This document shows positions 47,583-58,551 of a DNA stretch of 64,000 nucleotides, piece after piece. The stretch is from Plasmodiophora brassicae (taxonomy: Eukaryota). The translations under genes and the position numbers were made by a program. The notes beneath the pieces are model-generated. The model was not told where the DNA came from, searched no databases, and saw only the letters and a list, made by a program, of their open reading frames with translations. The first letter of the stretch is position 1, and each line of letters begins with the position of its first letter. The stretch covers positions 1,984,001 through 2,048,000 of the forward strand of contig CP145409.1 of the NCBI GenBank assembly GCA_036867785.1, in the 5' to 3' direction.

Positions 47583-50060
47583 ATGGCGACCGACGCGGCC
47601 GCCGCCGCCGAGCACCGCGCCTCCGTCCTGTCCATCCCCGAGGTGCAGCTCATTGGCACCATCCTCGACGACACCGATGTGCCGCCGCCGCCGCCGAACC
47701 CATCCGTCATCGCCATGCCGACCCCGAAACCGTTCGCGTCGTCGCGATTCGCAAGGTCGACATCGGCGCCGCCGCAGCTGTCCATCGTCGAACAGCCGAC
47801 ATATGTGAACGGCGAAGCGATATCGCCCGAGGACCCGCGCCTGTCCCCAGCGTACTACGCGTACTACTACTCGCAACGGCCTATCGATCCGCGCCTCCCG
47901 CCGCCCTTGGTGGACTATTCCACATGGGGCGCTGGGCAGCAGCCACCATCGCAGCCGCCGCACCATGATCCGTTCAGTCACATGCGGCTACCTCAAGCGG
48001 ACAAGGCGGGCAGCGGCGCCCGCGTGCCGCCGCGGGTGCCGTCGCTCGGCAAGTCGGTGCGCGACAACGTCTGGGCCATCGAGAAGTCGTTCGGGTCGGC
48101 AGTCCTACCGAATGACCTGCCGAGGTCGGCGTCGCCGCTGCTGCACACGACCTGGCATGCTGCTGGGGCGGCCAAGCCCGACTATCCTGTAAGCCTGTGC
48201 TCGTTCCTCGGACGCGTGGGCTGATGGGCACCTGCTGTAGAAGGCGAACGCGGCACAGCCCGACGCCGACCTGCATCTCAAGTTTGCCAACTTTCATGTG
48301 GGCAGAGTCGCGTCCAGAGCGCGTGCTCAACTCCAGGGGCGCTGATTGCGTTGTTCAGGTATCGCAGCCGCATGGCCGTCCGTACCAGGCGCAGCCGCAG
48401 GCGTACGATGGCGTCCCGTTCGCCCCAATGCCGGCGGCGGATTCATCCGGCGGGTATTACGGAGGGTCCACGCGTGGCGACTCGAGACATGCAATGGCGA
48501 ACGGTGGAGGTCCACCCGTCTATCCAAATCCGTACCATCAACGTGCGCAGCAGCAGCACCAGCCGTACTGGGACAACGCGAACAACCCGCTGTACTACGC
48601 TGAGTACCCAGCGGTAATGCGCCACGTGCCCGTTCGCTTTGTGCAAGGTTGCCCCCCGCTGACGGTGCCCGTCCTGTCGCAGTTCCCCAGTACCGTTGGC
48701 CTGCATCAACGGAGCGCGTCCGCATTGCCAACGCCATCCAACCATCGGCCCATTCCCTATGGCAAGCAGCGCCGCCAGCAGTCGGCGACGGACAGGGCCT
48801 CTGTCCTCAATGGCAATGGGGCTGCCATGCAGAAGGCTGCAATTGTACACGAACTTAAAGTTAACAAGCACCATCATCGGGTATGCGCGTTCGATCCCGT
48901 TTTCGCAAGCGCTCGTCGCTGACCATCGACGCCACTTCCCAGGTGCGCCTATCCGATGTGATTGCCTCTGGGATCGTTTCCGTACTGGCGACGGAGCAGA
49001 ACGGGTCTCGGTTCATCCAGCTGCATCTCGAGAATGCCACCGAGGAGCAGCTCGACGAAATGTTCGCTCAGCTGCAGGCGGACACCATCCGATTATCCGT
49101 CGACGTCTTCGCCAATTACGTCGTACAGAAGTTCTTCGAATTCGGACGCCCGCGACACCGTCAAGGGTTTGCCGAGCGGATACTCGGCTCGGTGCTGCCA
49201 CTGTCGCTACAAATGTACGGCTGCCGCGTCATTCAGAAGGCGCTCGAGGTACAGCGCCGTTTGCGTCGCACGGTCGACCCGCTGGCTGTTGAATCCGATC
49301 TACAGGTGGTGGATCCTGGCATGCAAGCTGCGTTTATTGCCGAGCTGAAAGGCAACGTCGAACGTTGCGTCAAGGACCAGAACGGCAATCACGTCATCCA
49401 GAAGTGCATTGAAATTCTGCCATCGCAGTCAACGGCCTTCATCATCGATTCGTTCATTGGGAACGTGTACGCGTTCTCGACGCATGCCTACGGCTGTCGC
49501 GTTATGCAACGCCTCCTTGAGCACTGCACCGACGAGGTCAGGCGGGAACAGCTGCTGCGGGAAGTCATGGATCGCGTCGTGGACTTGATCATGGACCAGT
49601 TCGGCAACTACGTCGTGCAGAACATCTTGGAGCGAGGCCCCCCGCAATACCGCTCGGTGATCATCGCGCATGTCAAGGGTCGCGTTTGCGAGTTCAGCAG
49701 GCACAAGTTCGCGTCCAACGTCGTGGAGAAGTGCTTCGCTCTCGGGGGCGAACACGACAAGGAGGAACTCGTCCAGGAAGTGTGCAGCTGTGCGGGCACG
49801 TCGGATAATTGCCCGCTTGTGCTCATGGTCAAGGACCCGTTTGGTAATTACGTCATCCAGAAGGTTGCGTCGTTCCGTTTCGAATGCGCCCTGTTGTCCC
49901 CGTTCTGACCCGTGTTCCGCAGATACTCGCGGTGGTATCGCCCGAGCAGCGGGATCGACTCGTTGGCGCGATCTGCAGCAAGATCCCCAACCTGCGGAAG
50001 ATCGCCTTCGGCAAGCATATAATTGCGACTGTTGCGCGCCTGACCGGTCAGGCAATCTGA
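47583..50060 (+). CDS. Pumilio/PUF RNA-binding protein with 8 canonical repeats
   Basis: Recognition motifs SRFIQ, NYVVQ, CRVIQ, NHVIQ, CRVMQ, NYVVQ, SNVVE, NYVIQ. N-terminal DPRLSPAYYAYYYS...DPRLPPPL; ends FGKHII. Confidence 0.92.
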
Positions 50061-50181
50061 CGAAGCAGCGCACCCGCTGCTATAACATATATGTATAAAA
50101 GCAACCCTGATGTATGTCGTTGACGCGCGGCGTCGTGCACCCCGACGTGTGCGTATATTAACCGTTGGTGCTGCCGCCGCC

Positions 50182-53100
50182 CTACTCCAACGTCGTGGAG
50201 AACGTGATTCGGGTCCCCGCTTCGCCGGTGAACCCGGTCCCACGTCGACCCGGCCTCGGTATGGTGACGTGGCCCACGTCGGTGGTGGTCGCAGCGTCCG
50301 GCGCCGCTGCTGGGCGGTCTTGCGGCTCGCCTTGCGGCACGGTCAGCTCCAGGGGCACGCACAGCTGGTATAACTGGACCGGGTTGATCAGCGACGGCGT
50401 GGCCGTGTTGCCCGGGTTCAGGCCGCGCGGCTGCAGGAACCCGTCGTACAGGATCCGGTTCGAGATCTGCAGCGCCTTCGATACGTTCATCGCCTGCTTG
50501 TCGATCATCCACTGGTGGACGGCGTCCCCGCTCTGCAGGTTCATGCTCAGCGCCGTCTTGCTGGACGGGTCGTTCCACGAGAAGACGAACAGCGCCTGGT
50601 CGACCATGGCCTGCAGCAGGCGCAGCACGTCCTGCCCGACCAGCGCGTGTCAGTCGCCGCGTCATTCGCAGACGGCGCGCACGACGGCCGGACCTGGTCA
50701 CAGTTCTGGACGGCGTTCACCCTGCGCCTCTCGATGTCGTCCGCCAGCAGGGCGTGCACGTTGGCGCTGGCGATGACGATCAGGCTGCAGGGCGCGACAC
50801 ACTTGACGGTGGCGGCCCGGGCCGACCCGACGCTGACGGCCAGCTCCTCGCCGAACAGCGACCCCTGCGCCAGGTGCATCCGGTGCCCGCTGCTGTTCTC
50901 CATGACGACCTCGCCCGACTCGAGCACGTAGACGTCGGCGCCGAGCTGGCCGCGATGGTAGACGCACTCGCCGGGCGGCAGGACGACGAACTTGCGCACG
51001 TCGACCAGGCTGACCAGGTCGCTGTCCTTCATGTTGGCGAAGATCGACACCCGCTGCAGGTTGTCCAGGATCAGGCGCTTGCGGATCGTGCTGCGCAGCG
51101 ACGACGGCAGGTTATCCATCGCCGTCTCCATCGTCACGCCTTGCTCCATCTCCCATCGCTGCGCCATCAGCCGGTGGATCCGCTGGCGGAGCGTGTCGGG
51201 GAATCCCTGGGCGACACAACGACCGTCAGAACGCTCGGCCAGGGGGCGGCGGCGGCGCCCTCCATGCCTTGTACGATGTGAACCGGTCGACGTTCTGGAT
51301 GCTGGCCTGGTGGGCGCGCAGCAACGGGTTCATGGCGATCACCAGCGACGCCACGTTGCTGATGATGAGCGCCATGGCGAACAGGCCCGCCACGATCGTC
51401 ACGATGGCGAACACGAGCTGGGCGTCCGTCTCCGGGTTCAGCGCCGGCCCCCGCCCCGTCAGCAACTTCAGGCTGAACTGGACGCAGTGCCCATACTTGG
51501 CGACGAACGTCTCCGTCGACAGCTGGACGGTCGGCAGGAACACTGTGTTCTTGTGCGTCAGCTCGCTGGCTAAACACAGGCACGGGAGGGGGCCTTAGAC
51601 GGAAGGGCCCATCAAGCGCACCGCTCGACCCGTGCGGCAGACCTTCGTCGGGGGCGAACCCGTCGATGAACGTGAGGATCCAGTAGGAGCAGGCGACGAA
51701 GTGGACGAACAGGATGAACTGGAGCAGCGCCAGCGCCAGCTTCGTGATGGGGCGCACGGCGACCATCTTCCGGGACGTCAGCGACAGGTTGAAGATGTAG
51801 CGCATGGTCAGGATGCGGGCGAGGCGGTGGACGGGCGTCGAGCGGTACCCGACGAAGACCTCGGTCGGGAAGCAGGCGACCAGGTCGTAGAGGGCCCATT
51901 CGCGCAGGTACCGGCGCCGCACCAGCTTGATGTCGGTGACGAGCTCGCCCATGAAGTAGTAGGCGACGCGGGACTTCACGAAGACGAAGGCCCACAGGCA
52001 GATGTCGCAGAGGGCGTTCAGGACGGCCAGGTAGACGGGGACGCTGACCGACGAGTAGAACGCGATCCGGACGGGGACGCTCAGGCAGTTGAAGACGGAG
52101 ACGACCTGGACGGCGCGCGACAGGACGCGCGGCAGGAACGAATGCGGGTGGACCGACCTGCTCAGCCAGGCCCGCCAGTACGCCCAGGTGCGCCACGAGT
52201 CGCGCCGCACGAACGACGGCGCGATGCGGGCCAGGCGGCGCGTGCCCGGCGATGCGGCGACGACGCTCGGGCGGACCGACGTCGGCGGCGTGAACGTGCT
52301 CCGGCGCCGGTGGTCGGCAATGACCTTCCTGTCCATCTTCATCTCAAAGTTGCGCAGCTGGGCCACCTCCTTCTCCATCAGCGCCGCCTGCCAGAGACAG
52401 GGTCAGCACCGATCGTGGGGCGGCGGCGAACCAGTTGCCCCCGCCGACCTCGTCGGGGTAGATGGCCATGACGTCGTCAAAGTCGGCCTTGTGCAGGACG
52501 TAGACGTCGGTGAACCCGGTCGAGATGACCGTCGACGGGTGCGGCTCGTCGATGAAGAGCGCCCGGGCGCCAAAGTTGCCGCCCGTCGGGATCGCGTTGA
52601 TCTGGACGCCCTGCTTCAGGACGCGGACCTGGCCGAACCCGATCAGGCCCATGAAGCGGTGGGCGGTGTCGTTCTCCTGGACGATGACCTCGTCGGGCGC
52701 GTACAGGCGGTGCTCGAGGCGGTGGGCGATCTCGCCGAGCAGGATCTCGGGGACGTGCCGCAGGAACCCGACCTTCAGGACCATCTCGTGGGCCATGAAC
52801 AGCGACACGTCCTTGCTGATGGCCAGGCCGTCGGGCAGGACGTCGTGGAGCTCGTTGACGGAGAACCCGTGGTCCCGATCCCACCGATAGTTCTGGAACT
52901 GGAGCAGCGTGGCGCCCACGTCCGACGGCAGGTGGTGGTGGGCGGCGAACAGCGTCAGGTTCGACAGCTGCTGCTGCGCGCTGATGATGTTCGTGTCCTG
53001 CTGCGACACGATCTCGTTCAGGTTGGCGATGATGATGCCGAGGATGAAGATGCCCTAGACGGGGGAGGACGGCCGGGGCCGTCTGTCAGGACGGGCGGCG

Positions 53101-54587
53101 GTGCAACGAACAAACGGCACCCTGTCCCGTACCGTGAACGACAGGACGACGCCAAAGATCGTCTGGATGATGCCCAGCGAGACGGCCGGCTCGTACAGGC
53201 CAGTCATGGTGCCCAGCACCCAGAACAGCGACGCCAGGTACGCGCTGATCCACCCGCTGGTCTGGTGGGCGTCGCCGAACCACACGAGTAGGCGAGCGCA
53301 CTGCACGCCGCGTTCAGCCTCGGTTGGGGGCGCGTCTCTGCCCAGACGCCCGGCCTACCGTTAGCGTGTGCGACACGAGGACAAAGTACAGGAACAGCAT
53401 GACGAGCTTCATGGAGCGGGACGCGTTCTCGGCGGACGCCTCGTGCCAGAAGCGGACGACGCGCAGCAGGGCGACCGCCTTCGTATACCGCCACTGGCTC
53501 TCGCCGAACTCCAGGCTGAGCGCGTCGATCACGATCGTCGTGCAGGACAGCGCGTCCAGCAGCAGGAACGTGCGGGCGTACCGCCGGCGGATCAGGCGCC
53601 GGTCCCGGACGAGGGTGCCGCTCTGGAAGTAGGCCAGGCGCAGCTTGATGTTCAGGTCGACGAACAGGAACTGTGCGAAGGGGGGCGATGGTCAGACGCG
53701 TCGCCGGCCGCGCCATGGCGTGTCGCCGGTACCGACCAGGTCGCGCAGCAGGTTGAACAGGGCCAGCGACAGCTGCGTGCCGAACACGATCTCGATCGGC
53801 ACGTAGATGATCGTGTACAGGACGAACGTGACCTGGACGACCTGCCAGTACGACATGAACCTGCCGGTCGGGTGCAGGACATCGTGACGCTCGGCGTGGT
53901 CGACGGGCGCCTCGGTCGTCGGGATCAGCACCGACGGTATGTAGGCGACCGACTGCGTCACGTGGCTGTTCCGCTTGAACATGGCCTTCCGCGAGTTGCG
54001 CTTGTGCGGGTACAGGTCGACAGCCGTCACGTTGCCGCCCCCCGTCATCGCCTCCACCGGCGTCTCCGCGTCCGGCTTGCCGCCGCCGCCGACGTCGTCG
54101 TCGGTCGTCTCGACGGCGCCGCGCAGGTCGACGTCCGACCTGCGGATGAACGTGGCCATGTCCTTCAGGGCGCGCATCCAGCCGCGCGAGCTGCTGCTGT
54201 GCTTGCCCGACCCCTCGCGCGCCGCGCTCGCCCGGGACACGGGTGGCCCGCCCCCCAGCGGCTCCTCCAACGTCATGCTCTGCGGCATCATCAGCGGGGG
54301 CGCGGCACACACCGGACTCGATCACGTACCGCCTTGGAGTCGAACCGTGGGGACAGCAGGCGAGACCAGCCGGGCGGTTTCGCCGTCGCCGGCTTCGACG
54401 ACGGGTCGGCGACGGCGCCCGGCAGCGACGACGCCGGGTCGTTGCCGGCGGGCGGCACCTCCTCCTCCGGGTCGTGCGACGGTATGGCGTCGAAGTCGAC
54501 GCGTGTCGCATCGTCTAGGACGAGCCTGGGGACCGGCGGCGACGGCGACGACACTGACGACGGCGTCAGGTCGAACGACGACGGCAT
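50182..54587 (-). CDS. Cyclic-nucleotide-gated-type channel with two tandem [6TM + C-linker + cNMP-binding] repeats
   Basis: Two S1 starts (LHPTGRFMSYWQV; VHPHSFLPRV), two IRRRY/VRRRY segments, two pore/S6 regions and two CNBDs (PDEVIVQE..GGNFGARAL; PGECVYHRG..GSLFGEE..RAATV). Confidence 0.85.
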
Positions 54588-54853
54588 GTCGCCCCGCCCG
54601 CTCCCCCCGTTATTGTCACCGACGAATGCGGGATCGAGCGCCCCCTCCCGTGTGTACGGTCGTTGATCGTCCCGTCCCCATCAGCTAACACCCCATACGT
54701 GCACAGATAGTCTGGGTTGGTGAGACCACCTCCCGCGGTCCACACCACGAGGTGCGTCGCGGCGGTGCGCGCCGATGTGCGTTTCGTATATGACGACGGC
54801 CGAGGCGACGTTGTCTGGCGGGTTTTATGTCGATGATGGCGGACGGGGAGTCG

Positions 54854-56356
54854 TCACCCGCCACAGTTCTGCACGAGGACCGGGTCGGCCCGGTTGCGGA
54901 TCGCCTGCGCCGACGCGATCCGGCGCAGGCGCGCCTGGCGCTGGCGCCGGCCCCGCTCGACGGCCGCGTCGTCGACGTGGACGCCCCTGTCGAACCGTTC
55001 CGCGTCGGTGGCGAACGCGCACGATCCCGGTCCGGGCGTCACCGCGTCCCGGGTGGGCGACGACGACCGGACGCCGTCCTTGACGACGCGGGCGTCGCGG
55101 TCGACCCGGTGCCGGTCCAGGCGGTCGACCAGGTCGGCGAAGTCGCCGTACGACAGGGACCCGACGTGGCCGGCGTCGAGGCGGCGCCACAGGTCGTCGA
55201 CGTCGGCGGCGCCGTCCGCGATGGATCGCCAGCCTGGGGGCGCGCACGCGTCAGCGACACGGGCGCGGCGACGAACGACGACGGTGGCGCGGTCGTACGG
55301 GCGCGCAGGTCGTCCCGATCGATGACGCCGTCGCCGTTCTCGTCCAGGTACCGGAACAGGGCGCGGGTCGACGCGCGCCGCACGCGGGTCAGCCGCCCGA
55401 GGACGACGTCGACCTGGTCGAGGTCGGCCGCCTCGACGGGGCGCTGGGCGCCCGCCGACGCCACCCGACGCGACGCGCGCCACGGGCGGTACCGCTGCAC
55501 GTCGTCGTCGACGTCGTCGTCCTGGAACAGGTGCGTCACGATCCGCTCGACGGGGACGCCGTCGTCGTCGTCGTCCGCGCCGGCGCCGGCGACGAACTCG
55601 GCGAGGAACGCGGCGAGCTCGGCGTCGGTCAGGTCGATGTTGTACCGGGCGAGCGCCCGGCGGCAGTCGTCGCCGGTGACGACGCCGCGGTGCCGCGTGT
55701 CCCAGGAGCGGATCGCCGCCGACGGCACCGCCAGTCGCCGCATCCGGTCGCTCAGCGTCGTGACGACGCGTCGCGCCAGGCGACGCGCGTCCGGCTCCTG
55801 GAACAGGGGCGCCACCCGGGCCGAGCGCGTCGGCGGCGCCGTGCGCCGGGCGGCGGCGACCCGCTCCACCTCCCTGCAGGGCAGCGGCAGGCCCGAGCGG
55901 GCGACGGCGCCATCATCGTCGCCCGGCGGCTGCAGCAGGCCGGCGAACTGGTGGAACCGGACGTCGCCGTCGTCGTCGCCGGACGACGACGACGCCTGGC
56001 GCATGGCCCGGTGGACCGCGGCGATGTCGTCGGGCGTCGCCGACACGCCCTGCGACGCGACGAGCCGGGCGAGCTCGCCGACCGACAGGCGCCCGTTGCG
56101 GTCGGCGTCCCACTGGAGGAACATGCGCGCCAGCGACCCGTTGTTGTGGAAGTGCTCGCGCAGGTGCCCGATGATCCGCTCGTGGGGCGGCGGCGGCGGC
56201 GCCCTGGTCGCAGTAGTGGGCGCCGCTGACGACAGCGTGTACCGCGGCGGGCGCGCCGGCGTCGGGGCCAACCGCTGCGCTCCCCGGGACGGAGGCGCCG
56301 TCCCAGGTCGTCGTCGTGGTCGGGTCGCCTGCGCAGGCAGACGCGGGCGTCGCCAT
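54854..56356 (-). CDS. Multi-EF-hand calcium-binding protein
   Basis: WDADRNGRLSVGEL, WDTRHRGVVTGDDC, LDENGDGVIDRDDL, LDAGHVGSLSYGDF. Start exon uncertain. Confidence 0.78.
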
Positions 56357-56496
56357 CGCAACGTCATCCCGGTTAACAACAATTAGGGCGATCGGGCGGG
56401 CGGGGCCGTACTCGACGGCAGCAGGAGCACCGCCAGATTCCGAGAGAGAGTACGGCGGGCGATCGGCGCCAGGAAGACGACGCCTGCTATTCCGAC

Positions 56497-57108
56497 ATGG
56501 CGCAGGTGGTGGTGGAGGTGCCGCCCGGCAACGACGACAAGGCCGCCGTCCGGTTCAGCCGGACGCGCGGCATCAACGCGGCGATCGCGGCGGCGGCGCT
56601 GTCCGGCCTGTGCACGATCGGCACGGCCCTCTGCGCCTACGTCGTCGTCGTGTCGCAGGACGCGCCGCCCAGCGTACCCGGGTCGGAGCTCGTCTCGCGC
56701 AAGTTCCTGGCCGCCGTCGGCTTCCTGGTCCTGTCCGGCCTGGCCGTCTTCCTGGCCACGCTCCCGATGCGCCTGGTGCGCATCACGGTCAGCGCGACGC
56801 GGGGGCGTCGCACCGGACGAGCGCTGACCTGTGGCGAACAGGTCGAGTTCCGCGGCGATCGCGTCGCTCTCCTGCACAGGAACGGGCTGCTGTCGACGGA
56901 TACGACCCTCCAGTCGGTGGACGCGGACGACTTCCTCGGCGTCGCCGTCGTCGACAGCGAGGGCGACGCGAGCCGCCGCGTCGAGTTCCGCTGGCGCGAC
57001 AAACAGTCGAGCGTGCACCTATCCGCCGCGTTCGAGCGCATCTGGACGCACGACCAGAAGCTGGACGAGTTCGTCGCCCGCATCGACCGGCAGTGCTACG
57101 AGGTCTGA
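56497..57108 (+). CDS. Hypothetical 2-TM protein with a beta-rich C-terminal domain
   Basis: Intronless 203-aa ORF with strong codon bias and two hydrophobic helices. Confidence 0.65.
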   Translation: MAQVVVEVPPGNDDKAAVRFSRTRGINAAIAAAALSGLCTIGTALCAYVVVVSQDAPPSVPGSELVSRKFLAAVGFLVLSGLAVFLATLPMRLVRITVSATRGRRTGRALTCGEQVEFRGDRVALLHRNGLLSTDTTLQSVDADDFLGVAVVDSEGDASRRVEFRWRDKQSSVHLSAAFERIWTHDQKLDEFVARIDRQCYEV

Positions 57109-57266
57109 GCGATGGCCGCCTGGGAACGTGTAAAATATCGCCATCCCCGCCCGCCCCCGCCTCTGCCTGGGAACTGGTTCGGGTTCGCCCATGTGAGTCC
57201 ACCATGCGAGCAGGGCACGTGAATGTACTACATTGCGGGGGACGTCTCGACGGAGCCGCCCCCGCC

Positions 57267-58485
57267 CTACGACTGGTGCGCCCTGAGGTACTGACAGAGG
57301 GCGCCGGCCGCGAAGAACCTGGCGAGACAGGCGCCGCCGTTCAGCAACGACCGAAACGCAGGCACAACGCGCACAGGTCTTACAGGGCGCCCGTGATGGC
57401 ACGGTCGATAGCACTCTCGTGCATCACCTCCACGAGGGTCTCCGCCGCCGACGTCGTCACCGCGGTGATCGACGGAGGATAGAGCGACCACCTGAGCAGC
57501 AGCAGCAGCGCCCCTGTTGGGATTCGGACGGGCACGAGAGCACGTGACGTTTGCCAGACCATGGGGGCACGGCGATCCGCAGACGCGACGACACCGAATC
57601 GTGCGTCACGTGGGCGACGACGAGCGCATCGCAGTCGACGGGCAGGACCGATACGCGCTCGATGTTCTCGAACGGAAGCCGAATGCCGAGCAGGGACGAC
57701 ACGAACGACGCGGCAAACGGGCGCACCGCATCCGTCTTCTCGCTCACCTGGACACGCCCCCCGGTCAGCGACGCGGGCGACCCGACCGGAACGCGACCCG
57801 TACCGTGTTGAGCAGGTCGGAGCAGAAGAACCTGGGCATGCTGGCCGACCGGTGGCTGTTGATCCACAGCTGCTGATCGGATGCGTTCCGGGCGGGGAAC
57901 GGCAACCCCAGGTAGAACGGGGCGACGCGCACGTCTTGCGACAGGAACATTTCCTGCAGGGCGCCGTAGTACGACACGTACCTGCCCGTCGTGACGTGCG
58001 ACAGGATCACCACGGGCACCGTCGAGTGGGGCGACTCGATCGGCGCCGGGCTGGGCCAGATATGAGATCATCCGGCGGGGGCACTTCCACGATCGGGTGG
58101 TCGCCTGTACCTGCGAATCGTGCCACGAATTTGCACAAGCCCTGCGACGACGGGTCAGACGATGACAACGGGGGCGCCTGTATGCAAACGCACTCGATCG
58201 TCCATGGGCCCGGATATCGTCGTCGAGCGCCGCCAGGTCGGTGACGACGGGCGCGTTCTGGATGCGCCAGGCGCGGTGCAGGTCGCGAAGCGCGCCGATC
58301 GCGTACAGCGCCCCGGCGGAGTGCAGCGCATACGTGATGCCCCGCCAGAGCAGCGAGCCGGCGTGGTCGTCGGCGTCAGCCTGCTGGCCCCCGCTGGCGT
58401 TGCGCACCATCACTGCAATCCCGTTCTGCCGCGACTGCAGGTCCCGTGTCGCGCAACTTCTGCACGGGGCCGCCCCATGGGCCAT
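57267..58485 (-). CDS. Possible GIDE-domain (MUL1/SP1-like) membrane protein, no RING seen
   Basis: N-terminal TM then IQNAP, RVAPFYL, SSLLGIR...ERVSVLPVDCDALVVA, with a hydrophobic end. Multi-exon. Confidence 0.45.
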
Positions 58486-58551
58486 GGCTGAACCGGTCTA
58501 CGACGCCGGCCACAGTGTGTGCCTAACCATCATTACAACGAGCTCCGGGTT

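Noticed and set aside
50092-50099. Pumilio autoregulatory element in its own 3' UTR (UGUAUAAA)
   Set aside because: It has one mismatch to UGUANAUA in an AT-rich poly(A)-signal-like region, which is too weak.
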